Shown: one piece after another, positions 1 to 8,495 of the stretch | How the letters are laid out: every line of letters starts with the position of its first letter | Numbering within the stretch: position 1 is the stretch's first letter | Source: Dehalococcoidia bacterium | Lineage (GTDB): Bacteria > Chloroflexota > Dehalococcoidia > Lucifugimonadales > Australimonadaceae | Length of the DNA stretch: 40,189 bases | Assembly: GCA_046705745.1 (NCBI GenBank) | Contig: JBJKQC010000260.1 | Coordinates: 1 to 40,189, forward strand | Direction of reading: 5' to 3' | Position numbers and translations under genes: made by a program | The notes under the pieces: model-generated | Database searches by the model: none | Told to the model about the DNA's origin: nothing | The model's input: the letters and a program-made list of their open reading frames with translations, nothing else

Positions 1-1266
1 GCCCAGGGTGGACAACATGCCGACGGCCGCGATGGCGATGCCGTAGAGCCCCGCCAGGTGGTAAGAGCCGATGACCGCGGCAGCGATGACGAGGATGGGG
101 ATCACTGTGCTCAGCATGCCAGTGGCGAAGCCGCTGATGATAACGGTGGCTGGGCCGGTCAGGGAGCGCGCCGCGATGTTCTTGGTGGGCTGGTACTCGT
201 AGCTGGTGTAGTACTCCGTGCTAAGGCCGATGATGACGCCAGCGCCAAGCCCCACGGCCACGGCGCCGAAGACGTTCCAGACGACAGTCATGGAGAGGCT
301 GTTGGCGACCGTGAAGAGCCACCAGCAGGCCACGAAGAAACCTCCCACGGCAAGAATAGCGGCGGTGAAAATGCCCCGGCGCAGTGCCCACAGCAGATTG
401 CCGATGTCCGCGCTTTCACCCGTGCGCACGACGAATGTCCCGATGATGGACGCTACGATGCCCACGGCTGCGAGAAGGAAAGGCAGGATAAAGAATGGGC
501 TGCTCGCCCCCTGCGATGCACCGTAAGCTTTGGCGGTGACGGCACCCAGGGCCAGTGTGGCGATGATGGAACCAACGTAGGACTCGAAAAGGTCGGCTCC
601 CATACCAGCCACGTCGCCGACATTGTCGCCGACGTTGTCCGCGATAACCGCCGCGTTGCGTGGGTCGTCTTCCGGAATGCCCGCTTCCACTTTGCCGGCA
701 AGGTCTCCGCCAACGTCAGCAGCCTTGGTGTAAATGCCGCCGCCCACGCGGGCGAAGAGCGCGATGCTGGACGCGCCGAAGCTGTAGCCGGCCACGATGG
801 ACGAATCCTTGAAGATGAGCCATAGAATGGCGGCGCCTAGGACACCGACGCCCACTACCGTGATACCCATGACACCGCCGCTGGAGAACGCGATGCGCAG
901 GGCTTTATTGAGGCCTTCACGGGCGGCGGAAGCTGTGCGCATGTTGGCCTTCACCGCGATCCGCATGCCGATGAAGCCTGTCAGGACCGAACAGGCTGTG
1001 CCAACCAGGTAGGCGTAAGCGGCCTTCGGGTTCGCACCGCTCTGCAGGTAGCCTAGGAGCAGCAGGGCGCCGAAGGCGACAAGCACGAAAATGATGAGGA
1101 CGGAGTATTCCCGGCGGAGGAATGCGTTGGCACCTTCTTGGATAGCGGCGCCGATCTCCCGCATGCGCTCGGTCCCTTCGTCCGCTTTGAGCACACGAGC
1201 CATGAGAAAGCCCGCGAAGAGCAGAGCAAGGACACCTGCTCCAATGGCCGCGTACAGGCCTGTCAT
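1..1266 (-). CDS. hppA: Membrane-bound proton/sodium-translocating pyrophosphatase, N-terminal 422 codons; the 3' end runs off the window
   Basis: Hand translation of the minus strand from the ATG (complement of 1264-1266) gives MTGLYAAIGAGVLALLFAGFLMARVLKADEGTERMREIGAAIQEGANAFLRREYSVLIIFV. The same frame at the window edge reads HLAGLYGIAIAAVGMLSTLG, a conserved V-PPase motif. GGAGG lies 6 nt upstream. The ORF is absent from the track because it has no stop inside the window. The plus-strand ORFs here are antisense shadows. Confidence 0.9.
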   Translation of the reverse strand, partial: MTGLYAAIGAGVLALLFAGFLMARVLKADEGTERMREIGAAIQEGANAFLRREYSVLIIFVLVAFGALLLLGYLQSGANPKAAYAYLVGTACSVLTGFIGMRIAVKANMRTASAAREGLNKALRIAFSSGGVMGITVVGVGVLGAAILWLIFKDSSIVAGYSFGASSIALFARVGGGIYTKAADVGGDLAGKVEAGIPEDDPRNAAVIADNVGDNVGDVAGMGADLFESYVGSIIATLALGAVTAKAYGASQGASSPFFILPFLLAAVGIVASIIGTFVVRTGESADIGNLLWALRRGIFTAAILAVGGFFVACWWLFTVANSLSMTVVWNVFGAVAVGLGAGVIIGLSTEYYTSYEYQPTKNIAARSLTGPATVIISGFATGMLSTVIPILVIAAAVIGSYHLAGLYGIAIAAVGMLSTLG

Positions 1267-1473
1267 GCACTACCTCCTAAGCCGCCGCCCCCAACTGGGG
1301 ACTCCGTTTTGCCGCATTGGCCGATTATTCTCAGGCAGGGGACATTATCATCGGGTGTATAGGCTGGTCAACGACGCTGTCCTGAATGCTCGTACAGCAT
1401 TTCAGTCACTCGATAACGGTGAGACGCTGCGGAACTCACAACTTCTGAGCGATTCCGGCATGACGGGCTCACC

Positions 1474-2109
1474 CTATGGCTGCTCCCGCTCTGCCAGCAG
1501 TCTCTCTAGGCGCCGTTGTCGCATCGTCATGGTCAGATCGCCGCGGGTCCTCTCCAAGACAGCGCGGAGTTGGTCGGTGGTACGCCGAAGCGAGCCTGTG
1601 AGCGCGTCAGGGAAGTCCATGACCACCATGACATTGTAGACATCATCCATTTGCTGCATGAGCTCTTCGGACCGCGAGTCGTCGTCCCGCCGGAGCGAGT
1701 CGAGAATATAACGGCGCATCTCGCTCGCGGCCTCGGCCATACCGTTCAGATAGGATGACATTTCCGCGCCGATTTCTTCGGGCGAAGGTATGCTTGTTCG
1801 AGCGATAAATGCGTAGACGCAGCACGCTTCGGCGTACTCCTTCTGAGCGTCCAGCGTGTAGCCAGTGTAGTAAAGCTCCGGGTGGTCCTTGAGCAAGTCC
1901 GCGGTCTCTCGCACGAGCGCCTGCGCCGCCGCGATCTGGGTCTGCGCCTGTTCCAACTCGTTACGGTGCACAGCACGGATGGCATTAGCGGAAGTGCGGA
2001 TGACCTCCCGTGAAAGCGGGATAGCGCGTTCGCGGGCAGCATGCTTTTCCTTGAAAAACTCCAAGGCCTTGCCAGTAATTGCCTCGTAGCGGTTGCGTGG
2101 GTCGCTCAT
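1474..2109 (-). CDS. Translin-family protein (bacterial translin/TRAX homologue)
   Basis: 211 aa, all-helical. N-terminal RE..IPLSREVIRTSANAIRAVHR pattern, and SSYLNGMAEAASEMRRYILD matches the translin YL.G..D..GEL.R signature. Recognised by pattern only. Confidence 0.6.
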   Translation of the reverse strand: MSDPRNRYEAITGKALEFFKEKHAARERAIPLSREVIRTSANAIRAVHRNELEQAQTQIAAAQALVRETADLLKDHPELYYTGYTLDAQKEYAEACCVYAFIARTSIPSPEEIGAEMSSYLNGMAEAASEMRRYILDSLRRDDDSRSEELMQQMDDVYNVMVVMDFPDALTGSLRRTTDQLRAVLERTRGDLTMTMRQRRLERLLAEREQP

Positions 2110-2249
2110 GAAGGTCCTACTCGATTCAGGAGTGAGGGGCTTTCCGGTAGCAAAGGCTATCAGACTCGAGGACTGAGGAGCGGTGTGAGGGTGCAGTAGG
2201 GCATATACTCAGTTGAACCAGCAGAACAGGATGTGAGGGCACATCGTAT

Positions 2250-2714
2250 ATGGAAGTGACACTTGTGGTGACCGGCAGGGTGAGCGACCCTCGGACCTAT
2301 GACTTCGAGGCGCTGGCGGCGATGCCCGAGCAGATAGCTGATGTATCCGTCCTAATGCCTGAACGCGCAGGTGGAGCGGTGAGACTATCGACGCTCCTCC
2401 AAGCCGCCGGGCCCGCTCCAGACGCAAGGTTCATTACCATCGAAGCGTCCGAAGGCTACAGCGCCAGCGTTCCCCTAGAGGCCGTGGCGGACCAAGCGAT
2501 CATTCTCTATCGGAACGGCGATAGCCCTATCGCGGCTGACCAGGGCGGGCCGCTGCGCTTTCTCATACCGGACGTTGCTGCCTGCCAGACGGCCGAGGTG
2601 GACGCCTGCGCTAACGTCAAACACCTGTCCCGAATCACCCTAAGCCAGGAGCGCGGCAAGGACACTCGTCCGGCCACTATGCGCCAGCACACAAGGCTTC
2701 ACGCCGTGGAATAA
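2250..2714 (+). CDS. Small stand-alone molybdopterin-binding (SUOX/YedY-fold) oxidoreductase-domain protein
   Basis: 154 aa. LVVTGRV..PRTYDFEALAAMP ... GYSASVPLEAV...AIILYRNGDSPIAADQGGPLRFLIPD matches the Oxidored_molyb domain pattern (G.V..p..l....L..lp, GgPlRlvvP). Confidence 0.6.
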   Translation: MEVTLVVTGRVSDPRTYDFEALAAMPEQIADVSVLMPERAGGAVRLSTLLQAAGPAPDARFITIEASEGYSASVPLEAVADQAIILYRNGDSPIAADQGGPLRFLIPDVAACQTAEVDACANVKHLSRITLSQERGKDTRPATMRQHTRLHAVE

Positions 2715-2919
2715 AAGCTCAGCGCGGGGGATTGCACACGGTCCCGCCGGTCCACTGCTCCGCTGGCGCATATTCATCTGCCCGAGCGATTGTGCTTTGT
2801 TTCACTTGTGGCGTTCTGGGCCCTATGCTATCCTGACTTCGCATGGCCCGGAAGGACGAATCCGCCATGTCCGGAGGCTCTGTAACGGACCACGAGGGCC
2901 TTGATAGGAGCATCCACTG

Positions 2920-3579
2920 ATGTCCCTCCCGTTAAGAAGTTCACAAGCCGTCGAGTCGGACGCCGCTCGCTCCGCCTACGGGCAGACCCCGCCAACTCCA
3001 CTCATCGACTGGGACCCTGACCGGGTGGAGGGGGAAACCATTGAGCAACTCAAGTGGAGCGCTCAAGAGGCCTTCCCCGAGCCGGTCATCCAAGTCCCAG
3101 ACAACCTCAAGCAGAACCTTGCCGTCACCTCTGTGGACGCTCTCCTCAACTGGGGAAGGCGATCAGCCGTCTGGCCTGCGCAGTTCGGTCTTGCGTGTTG
3201 CGCATTCGAGATGATAGCCGCTGCGATGTCTCGTTTTGACATCGCGAGGTTCGGTATGGAGGCCATGCGCGCTACGCCTCGCCAGGCCGATCTCCTCATC
3301 GTCTCGGGGACTCTCACTTGGAAGATGGCCCCGGCAGTCCGCCGTATCTATGACCAGATGGCAGAGCCAAAGTGGGTTATTGCCATGGGGGTGTGCGCCA
3401 CTAGCGGGGGCCCCTACTACCAGACGTATAGCGTCGTGCCGGGCGTGAATCATATCGTGCCAGTGGACGTGTACGTCCCCGGATGTCCGCCGCGGCCTGA
3501 CGCGCTGCTCTATGGCATCATGCAGCTTCATGAAAAGATTAAAAAGTACAGCATCGGCCGGAATCCGGCGGGAGCATGA
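2920..3579 (+). CDS. nuoB: NADH-quinone oxidoreductase subunit B
   Basis: [20 protein letters not shown] and VPGCPPRP are the N2 cluster ligand motifs. 219 aa. The exact start is uncertain. Confidence 0.95.
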   Translation: MSLPLRSSQAVESDAARSAYGQTPPTPLIDWDPDRVEGETIEQLKWSAQEAFPEPVIQVPDNLKQNLAVTSVDALLNWGRRSAVWPAQFGLACCAFEMIAAAMSRFDIARFGMEAMRATPRQADLLIVSGTLTWKMAPAVRRIYDQMAEPKWVIAMGVCATSGGPYYQTYSVVPGVNHIVPVDVYVPGCPPRPDALLYGIMQLHEKIKKYSIGRNPAGA

Positions 3580-3582
3580 CGC

Positions 3583-4059
3583 ATGACCACGGCCGTGACC
3601 GCCAATGAGCTGGCGGAAGTAATCCGGCGGCGCTTTCCTGACGCGATGACTGCGGTTGACGCAGGGGCGGTATGGGTGAAGCCCGAGTCGCTGCCAGAGG
3701 TCTGCGCATTCTTACGCGATGACCCCGCCCAGGACTACCAGCTTCTCAATTCGCTAACGGCCGTGGACTATGTTGAGCATTTCGACGTCATCTACCACAT
3801 GACCTCCATCCGCCGGAATGCTCGGACGGTGTTAAAGACGCGGGTGTATGGGCGGGAGCAGCCGACGGTCCCGTCCGTGGTCTCAATCTGGAGAGGCGCC
3901 ACCCTTCAAGAGCGGGAAGTTTATGACCTTCTAGGCGTGGTCTTCGAAGGACACCCAGATCTGAAGCGTTTGTTGACTTGGGAGGGATTCAAGGGCCACC
4001 CGCTCCGGCGGGACTACCTGGAGCCACCTCTTCCCTATACATGGCCGCATGGGGGATAA
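3583..4059 (+). CDS. nuoC: NADH-quinone oxidoreductase subunit C (30-kDa subunit)
   Basis: 158 aa. The ATG lies 3 nt after the nuoB stop. The ERE(V)YDL.G..F.GHPDLRR.L motif is typical of NuoC. Confidence 0.9.
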   Translation: MTTAVTANELAEVIRRRFPDAMTAVDAGAVWVKPESLPEVCAFLRDDPAQDYQLLNSLTAVDYVEHFDVIYHMTSIRRNARTVLKTRVYGREQPTVPSVVSIWRGATLQEREVYDLLGVVFEGHPDLKRLLTWEGFKGHPLRRDYLEPPLPYTWPHGG

Positions 4060-4185
4060 AGGCGATGAACCTGTCTCCTTCGATGGCAAAGGGACGGAGC
4101 GAAGCTGAAATGCTCCTCCCGAAAAGGTAGACGCCTGGCAGGCGAGGGTTTCTCCCTCATCTCTTCGGCAAGCTTGGGGCAGGCT

Positions 4186-4217
4186 CTACCCTTCTCCCTC
4201 AGGTAGAAGGGACAGGG
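4186..4217. repeat. GC-rich hairpin repeat (CTACCCTTCTCCC-loop-AGAAGGGACAGGG), member of a dispersed family
   Basis: CTACCCTTCTCCCTCAGGTAGAAGGGACAGGG has an inverted-repeat core CCCTTCT/AGAAGGG. Related copies lie at 26803-26837 and 39037-39069. Confidence 0.45.
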
Positions 4218-4268
4218 CGGCAGGAGAAGGAAGAGCAGCGGGAGGAAAGGACTGAGGCAAGGACAGGC

Positions 4269-5372
4269 ATGACGTTACGGACGGAGCCGGTCGTCGTCAA
4301 CATAGGCCCTCATCACCCAAGCACGCATGGCGTGTTTCGGATGCGTCTTACCTTCGATGGCGAAAACATCGTCGAAGCGGAGCCGGTCATCGGCTACTTG
4401 CATCGCGGCACGGAAAAGCTGGCTGAGGAGCGTCAGTATACCCAGATCATTACCCTCACGGACCGCATGGATTATGTCGCATCCATGACCAACAATCAGG
4501 GTTTCGTGCTCGCGTGCGAGAAGCTGATTGGCATGGAAGTTCCGGAGCGCGGGAAATATCTGCGGGTCATCGCGGCGGAGCTCCAGCGCATAGCCAGCCA
4601 CCTGGTGGCCACAGGCTTCTTCCTGCAAGACCTAGGCGCTTTTGCCACGCCGCTGATGTATTGCATGAACGAGCGCGAGCGGATCCTCGATTTGTTCGAG
4701 ATGCTATGCGGCGCACGTATCACACTTTCTTACATGCGGGTTGGAGGGGTCTTCCAGGACGCACCAGACGAGTTTTGGCCCGCGCTTCGGCGGGTGCTTG
4801 ACGAACTGCCTCGCTACGTGGACGAGATAGAGTCCCTAATTACGCGGAATGAAATCGTTCTCGCCCGGACCAAGGGTGTGGCCGTCCTCACTGCTGAACA
4901 AGTGATCAACGCCTCCATCACCGGTCCTATGCTCAGGGCGTCAGGTGTCCCCTGGGATCTGCGAGTGGCCGCTCCCTACGAAGTCTACGACCGACTCGAG
5001 TTCGACATTCCCCGTCGGACAGCCGGCGACAATTTCGACCGGTACTACATCCGGGTCCTGGAGATCCGGGAGGCCATGAAGATCATCGAGCAGTGCATCG
5101 AGCAAATCGAACCCGGTCCGGTCCGCACCACTACATCCATGCTGTTTCGTCCGCCGGTTGGCGAAGTGTACATGGCCATCGAAGCGCCGAAGGGAGAGTT
5201 GGGGTATTACCTGGTTAGCGACGGCTCCATCGCTCCTTACCGTTGTCACGTAAGAGCTCCTTCACTGCTCAACCTAACCCTGCTGAGGGACATGCTGATC
5301 GGTTGGAAGCTGCCCGATGCCATCGCATCCTTTGGGAGCATTGACGTAAACATGGGTGAGGTCGACCGCTAG
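4269..5372 (+). CDS. nuoD: NADH-quinone oxidoreductase subunit D (49-kDa subunit)
   Basis: NIGPHHPSTHGVFR, GYLHRGTEKL and C-terminal DVNMGEVDR. 367 aa. Confidence 0.95.
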   Translation: MTLRTEPVVVNIGPHHPSTHGVFRMRLTFDGENIVEAEPVIGYLHRGTEKLAEERQYTQIITLTDRMDYVASMTNNQGFVLACEKLIGMEVPERGKYLRVIAAELQRIASHLVATGFFLQDLGAFATPLMYCMNERERILDLFEMLCGARITLSYMRVGGVFQDAPDEFWPALRRVLDELPRYVDEIESLITRNEIVLARTKGVAVLTAEQVINASITGPMLRASGVPWDLRVAAPYEVYDRLEFDIPRRTAGDNFDRYYIRVLEIREAMKIIEQCIEQIEPGPVRTTTSMLFRPPVGEVYMAIEAPKGELGYYLVSDGSIAPYRCHVRAPSLLNLTLLRDMLIGWKLPDAIASFGSIDVNMGEVDR

Positions 5373-6562
5373 TGAGCGACGCGCTAACCAACAATTACAT
5401 CTTTCACTGGGTGTATGTAGCCGTACGTAATCTCGTCGGCGCCGAGTGGTCATGGCTGGCCTATGGGCTCGGCGCTATTGCAGTCGTCCTGCTCGTGGTC
5501 AATGCATTCCTGCTCCTTGGGACACTGTTTACATGGGCCGAGCGGAAAATCGTGGGCAGGGCCCAGTCTCGCGTTGGTCCCAACCGGGCAGGTCCCTTCG
5601 GACTGCTCCAAGCGATCGCCGACGCGATCAAGTTGCTCTTTAAAGAAGACATCGTTCCCCGTCGAGCAGACCGGCTCGTTTTCAACCTAGCGCCCATCGT
5701 TATGTTGGCGCCGTCGGCTTTGGCGCTGGCAGTTATTCCCTTTGGGCGCGGCGGCTTCGTTGCCGACCTAAATATAGGCGTGCTTTTCCTCGTAGCGATG
5801 AGCAGCCTTGCAACCTTGGCGGTGTTGATGGCCGGATACTCGTCGGCCAACAGACTGGCCATGTTTGGGAGCATGCGGGAAGTAGCCATGCTGGTGTCCT
5901 ATGAGATACCCATGGTGATGTCCCTACTGGGCATTGTGATCCTGGCCGGCTCCATGTCGCTGGTGACGGTAGTGCGGAACCAGCACATTCCGTATCTGCT
6001 GGTTACGCCCATCGGCGTGGGTGTCTTTATCGTTGCCATGTCGGCGGAGCTCAACCGAGCGCCCTTCGATATAACAGAAGCAGAGTCTGAGCTAGTGGCC
6101 GGCTATCTGACTGAGTACAGCGGAATGAAGTTCGGTGTGTTCTATCTTGCCGAATTCGCCAACGTGATTCTTGCCGGCGCGATCTTCGCCGTGCTCTTTC
6201 TGCAAGGCTATCGCTGGGCGTTCCTGCCCTCCTATGTGTGGTTTCTTCTAAAGGTGATGGGCTTCGCCTTCGTGGCTTCTTGGATACGGGCAACGCTGCC
6301 CCGGCTAAGGGTGGACCAGGTCCTGACCTTCGCCTGGAAGTTCTTGTTTCCGCTCAGCCTCGTCAATGTCATCGCGCTCACGGTGGAGGTCCTGGTGTGG
6401 CCCGCACCCTCAGCAGGCCAGCTCTGGATCATGGCTGCAATTAATTGGGGCATTGGTGCACTCGCCTTGGTAATCATGTCGCGGTTCATGAAGCTGGGCG
6501 GCGCGGTAGTCCGGCAGATGGTCGTGTCGATAGCGCGGCCGGCGCCGGTGGAGGTGCGGTAA
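5372..6562 (+). CDS. nuoH: NADH-quinone oxidoreductase subunit H
   Basis: The GTG overlaps the nuoD stop by 1 nt. Motifs: WAERK..GR.Q.R.GPNR.GPFGLLQ..AD..KL and NRAPFD..EAESELVAGY..EYSG. 396 aa polytopic protein. Confidence 0.95.
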   Translation: MSDALTNNYIFHWVYVAVRNLVGAEWSWLAYGLGAIAVVLLVVNAFLLLGTLFTWAERKIVGRAQSRVGPNRAGPFGLLQAIADAIKLLFKEDIVPRRADRLVFNLAPIVMLAPSALALAVIPFGRGGFVADLNIGVLFLVAMSSLATLAVLMAGYSSANRLAMFGSMREVAMLVSYEIPMVMSLLGIVILAGSMSLVTVVRNQHIPYLLVTPIGVGVFIVAMSAELNRAPFDITEAESELVAGYLTEYSGMKFGVFYLAEFANVILAGAIFAVLFLQGYRWAFLPSYVWFLLKVMGFAFVASWIRATLPRLRVDQVLTFAWKFLFPLSLVNVIALTVEVLVWPAPSAGQLWIMAAINWGIGALALVIMSRFMKLGGAVVRQMVVSIARPAPVEVR

Positions 6563-7146
6563 TGTACGGGCTAGGCCTCCTGAAGGGGCTTTCCGTCACG
6601 CTGAGGAAAATGGGACGCAGGCCGTTCACGGTCCAATACCCTGAAGAGCGGCTTCCGCAGCATAGCCGGTTCAGGGGCCAGGAGTTCACCTGGTACGAGG
6701 AGCGGTGCACCGGCTGCGCCAGTTGCGCCAAGTACTGTCCTCTAGGGATCATCCGGATCATCACAGATCCCAAAGGGGGCAACGAACAGGAGGGCGGCAG
6801 CTACCGGGTCGATGTGTTCGACATTGACCAGGCGCGTTGCATGTACTGCGCGCTATGTGTTGAAGCTTGCCCGTACGATGCCCTCCACATGGGGAGCGGC
6901 TTCGAGGCGTCGCAGTATCGCCGCGAAGATCTCGTTATTAAAGTGGATGTCCTGAAGCGGCGGGAGAAACACCCCAGCACCTGGTACCGTCCTCAACTGG
7001 ATCGTGAAGACTACGATCCGTTCAAGGGCGGGTCCAAAGATTGGGAGACGGCTGGCCGGGAACCTTATTATTGGCATCCGAAACGGCCGAACCTCATCCC
7101 TGACTCGATGCGCAAAGAGGCCACTGCCGACGGCGAGTATGACTAG
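6562..7146 (+). CDS. nuoI: NADH-quinone oxidoreductase subunit I (2x[4Fe-4S])
   Basis: The internal ATG at 6562 overlaps the nuoH TAA. MYGLGLLKGLSVTLR is a canonical NuoI N-terminus. Two CxxCxxCxxxCP motifs are present (CTGCASCAKYCP, CMYCALCVEACP). The track ORF from 6445 is an upstream extension inside nuoH. The protein also has an unusually long acidic/aromatic C-terminal tail. Confidence 0.9.
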   Translation: MYGLGLLKGLSVTLRKMGRRPFTVQYPEERLPQHSRFRGQEFTWYEERCTGCASCAKYCPLGIIRIITDPKGGNEQEGGSYRVDVFDIDQARCMYCALCVEACPYDALHMGSGFEASQYRREDLVIKVDVLKRREKHPSTWYRPQLDREDYDPFKGGSKDWETAGREPYYWHPKRPNLIPDSMRKEATADGEYD

Positions 7147-7326
7147 CCGAGCAGTGTCCCTTGGGAGACGGACTGGCAGGGGACTTCACGTATTCGTGGT
7201 GCCCTCGCCCAAGGGCTGGTGGGGCAGAGGGGCGCCGACCTGAGAAGGGCGTCTACCAGATATGAAGGGCGTACACAGCACGGCTGTATAGGCAGGAGCG
7301 GACTATCCTCGCCTTAGGACGATGCC

Positions 7327-7839
7327 TTGGATAACGTATTCCAGCAAATAATATTCTGGCTGCTGGTTGCCGTCACTGTAGGCGGCGCACTGATGGTTGT
7401 TCACACGGCCAACATGTTCCGCGCGGCGCTGTCTTTGGTGGTATCGTTCATGGGCGTGGCCGGGATATTCGCGTTCATCTACGCACCATTCCTGGCCGTC
7501 GTTCAGGTCCTGATCTATGCGGGCGGCATCGCGGTGCTGGTCATCTTCGCCGTGATGATGACCAGAGACCTGGAGCACGGGAACCAAGACACGCCTGTCC
7601 AACCGGTCGCATTGACCGTCGGCGCCGCGTTGCTGGCGGTATTCATCTACGCCATAGTGGAAGCTCAGTGGCGGTTGTTGCCGGCCAATCTTCCGGCGCC
7701 CCTTGCCGCTGTCTTCGTGGATACGCCTGCCATCCTGGGACGGCTCCTTCTGAACGATTACGTGCTGGCTTTTGAGATTGCCGGCGTGCTCTTACTTGCC
7801 GTGGTCATCGGAGCGTTGGCCCTCGTGCGTGAGCCATAA
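7327..7839 (+). CDS. nuoJ: NADH-quinone oxidoreductase subunit J
   Basis: 170 aa with a TTG start. FYILAA-type TM pattern, with VQVLIYAGGIAVLVIFAVMM typical of NuoJ. Confidence 0.85.
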   Translation: MDNVFQQIIFWLLVAVTVGGALMVVHTANMFRAALSLVVSFMGVAGIFAFIYAPFLAVVQVLIYAGGIAVLVIFAVMMTRDLEHGNQDTPVQPVALTVGAALLAVFIYAIVEAQWRLLPANLPAPLAAVFVDTPAILGRLLLNDYVLAFEIAGVLLLAVVIGALALVREP

Positions 7840-7855
7840 GGACTGGAGCGCTAAC

Positions 7856-8200
7856 ATGCTAGAGCGCCTATTTATTTTGTCGGCGGTGGTGTTTGTCATT
7901 GGCTTTTATGGGGTATTGTCCCGCCGGCACATCATCGCTGTCCTGATTTCCCTGGAGTTGATGTTCAACGGGGTTAACCTGGCCTTGGCGGCCGCTTCCC
8001 GCTATGTGGTCCCTGCGGCGCTCCGACTGCCAAACGCTCCAGCAGATGCCGAACGCTTCTTGCTCACCGGCCAAAGCTTTGCATTGTTTGTCATCGTCGT
8101 GGCCGCCGCGGAAATGGCCCTAGGACTCGCCCTGGTCATCGCGCTTGTTCGCCGGAAGGACACCGTGGATATCACCGATATCAACCTGCTTAAACATTGA
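7856..8200 (+). CDS. nuoK: NADH-quinone oxidoreductase subunit K
   Basis: ATG at 7856 (MLERLFILSAVVFVIGFYGVLSRRHIIAVLISLELMFNGVNL). The upstream part of the track ORF overlaps nuoJ. About 114 aa, with a short insertion relative to typical 100-aa NuoK. Confidence 0.9.
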   Translation: MLERLFILSAVVFVIGFYGVLSRRHIIAVLISLELMFNGVNLALAAASRYVVPAALRLPNAPADAERFLLTGQSFALFVIVVAAAEMALGLALVIALVRRKDTVDITDINLLKH

Positions 8201-8300
8201 TGTGGCTGCAGACAAATGCTGATGGGCCTCTTTAGCAGGCCGTCGGCGGCATCTGGTCTTTCTCAATGAACGGATAGGAGACCTCAAAGGGAACAGGCAT

Positions 8301-8495
8301 ATGTGGGTCGATTACAAGAAGGCGCCCAATTTGCTGGTGGCGGAGATTTGGAAGGATGTCCTGGAAGGCGAGGGCCTTCCCGTTAGGCTGCTGCCGGAAG
8401 GCGACATCCTCGATTATGGCGAGTCCATACCGTTTCGGGTGATGGTCCCGAGGGGACGTGAGCACGTTGCGGATGAAATCCTAAGGAAGCTGTAG
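8301..8495 (+). CDS. Small DUF2007-like (putative signal-transducing, PII-like fold) protein embedded in the nuo operon
   Basis: 64 aa. APNLLVAEIWKDVLEGEGLPVRLLPEG...FRVMVPRGREHVADEILRKL fits the DUF2007 pattern (A..lk..Le.eGIp......g.....v.V.v.......A.e.L). Its TAG is followed immediately by the nuoL ATG. Confidence 0.5.
   Translation: MWVDYKKAPNLLVAEIWKDVLEGEGLPVRLLPEGDILDYGESIPFRVMVPRGREHVADEILRKL

Noticed and set aside
58-1012. Plus-strand ORFs 58-825 (255 aa), 218-526 and 797-1012
   Set aside because: They are antisense shadows of the hppA gene on the minus strand. Their translations are Asp/Gly/Arg/Ala-rich with no motifs, whereas the minus frame gives a textbook V-PPase sequence.
2715-2919. 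Hidden nuoA upstream of nuoB
   Set aside because: The gap is only 205 bp, whereas nuoA needs about 360 bp. No frame gives a hydrophobic NuoA-like peptide.
4075-4140. 21-codon ORF (MNLSPSMAKGRSEAEMLLPKR) in the nuoC-nuoD spacer
   Set aside because: It has no RBS and lies within repeat-like sequence, with nothing to suggest it is translated.
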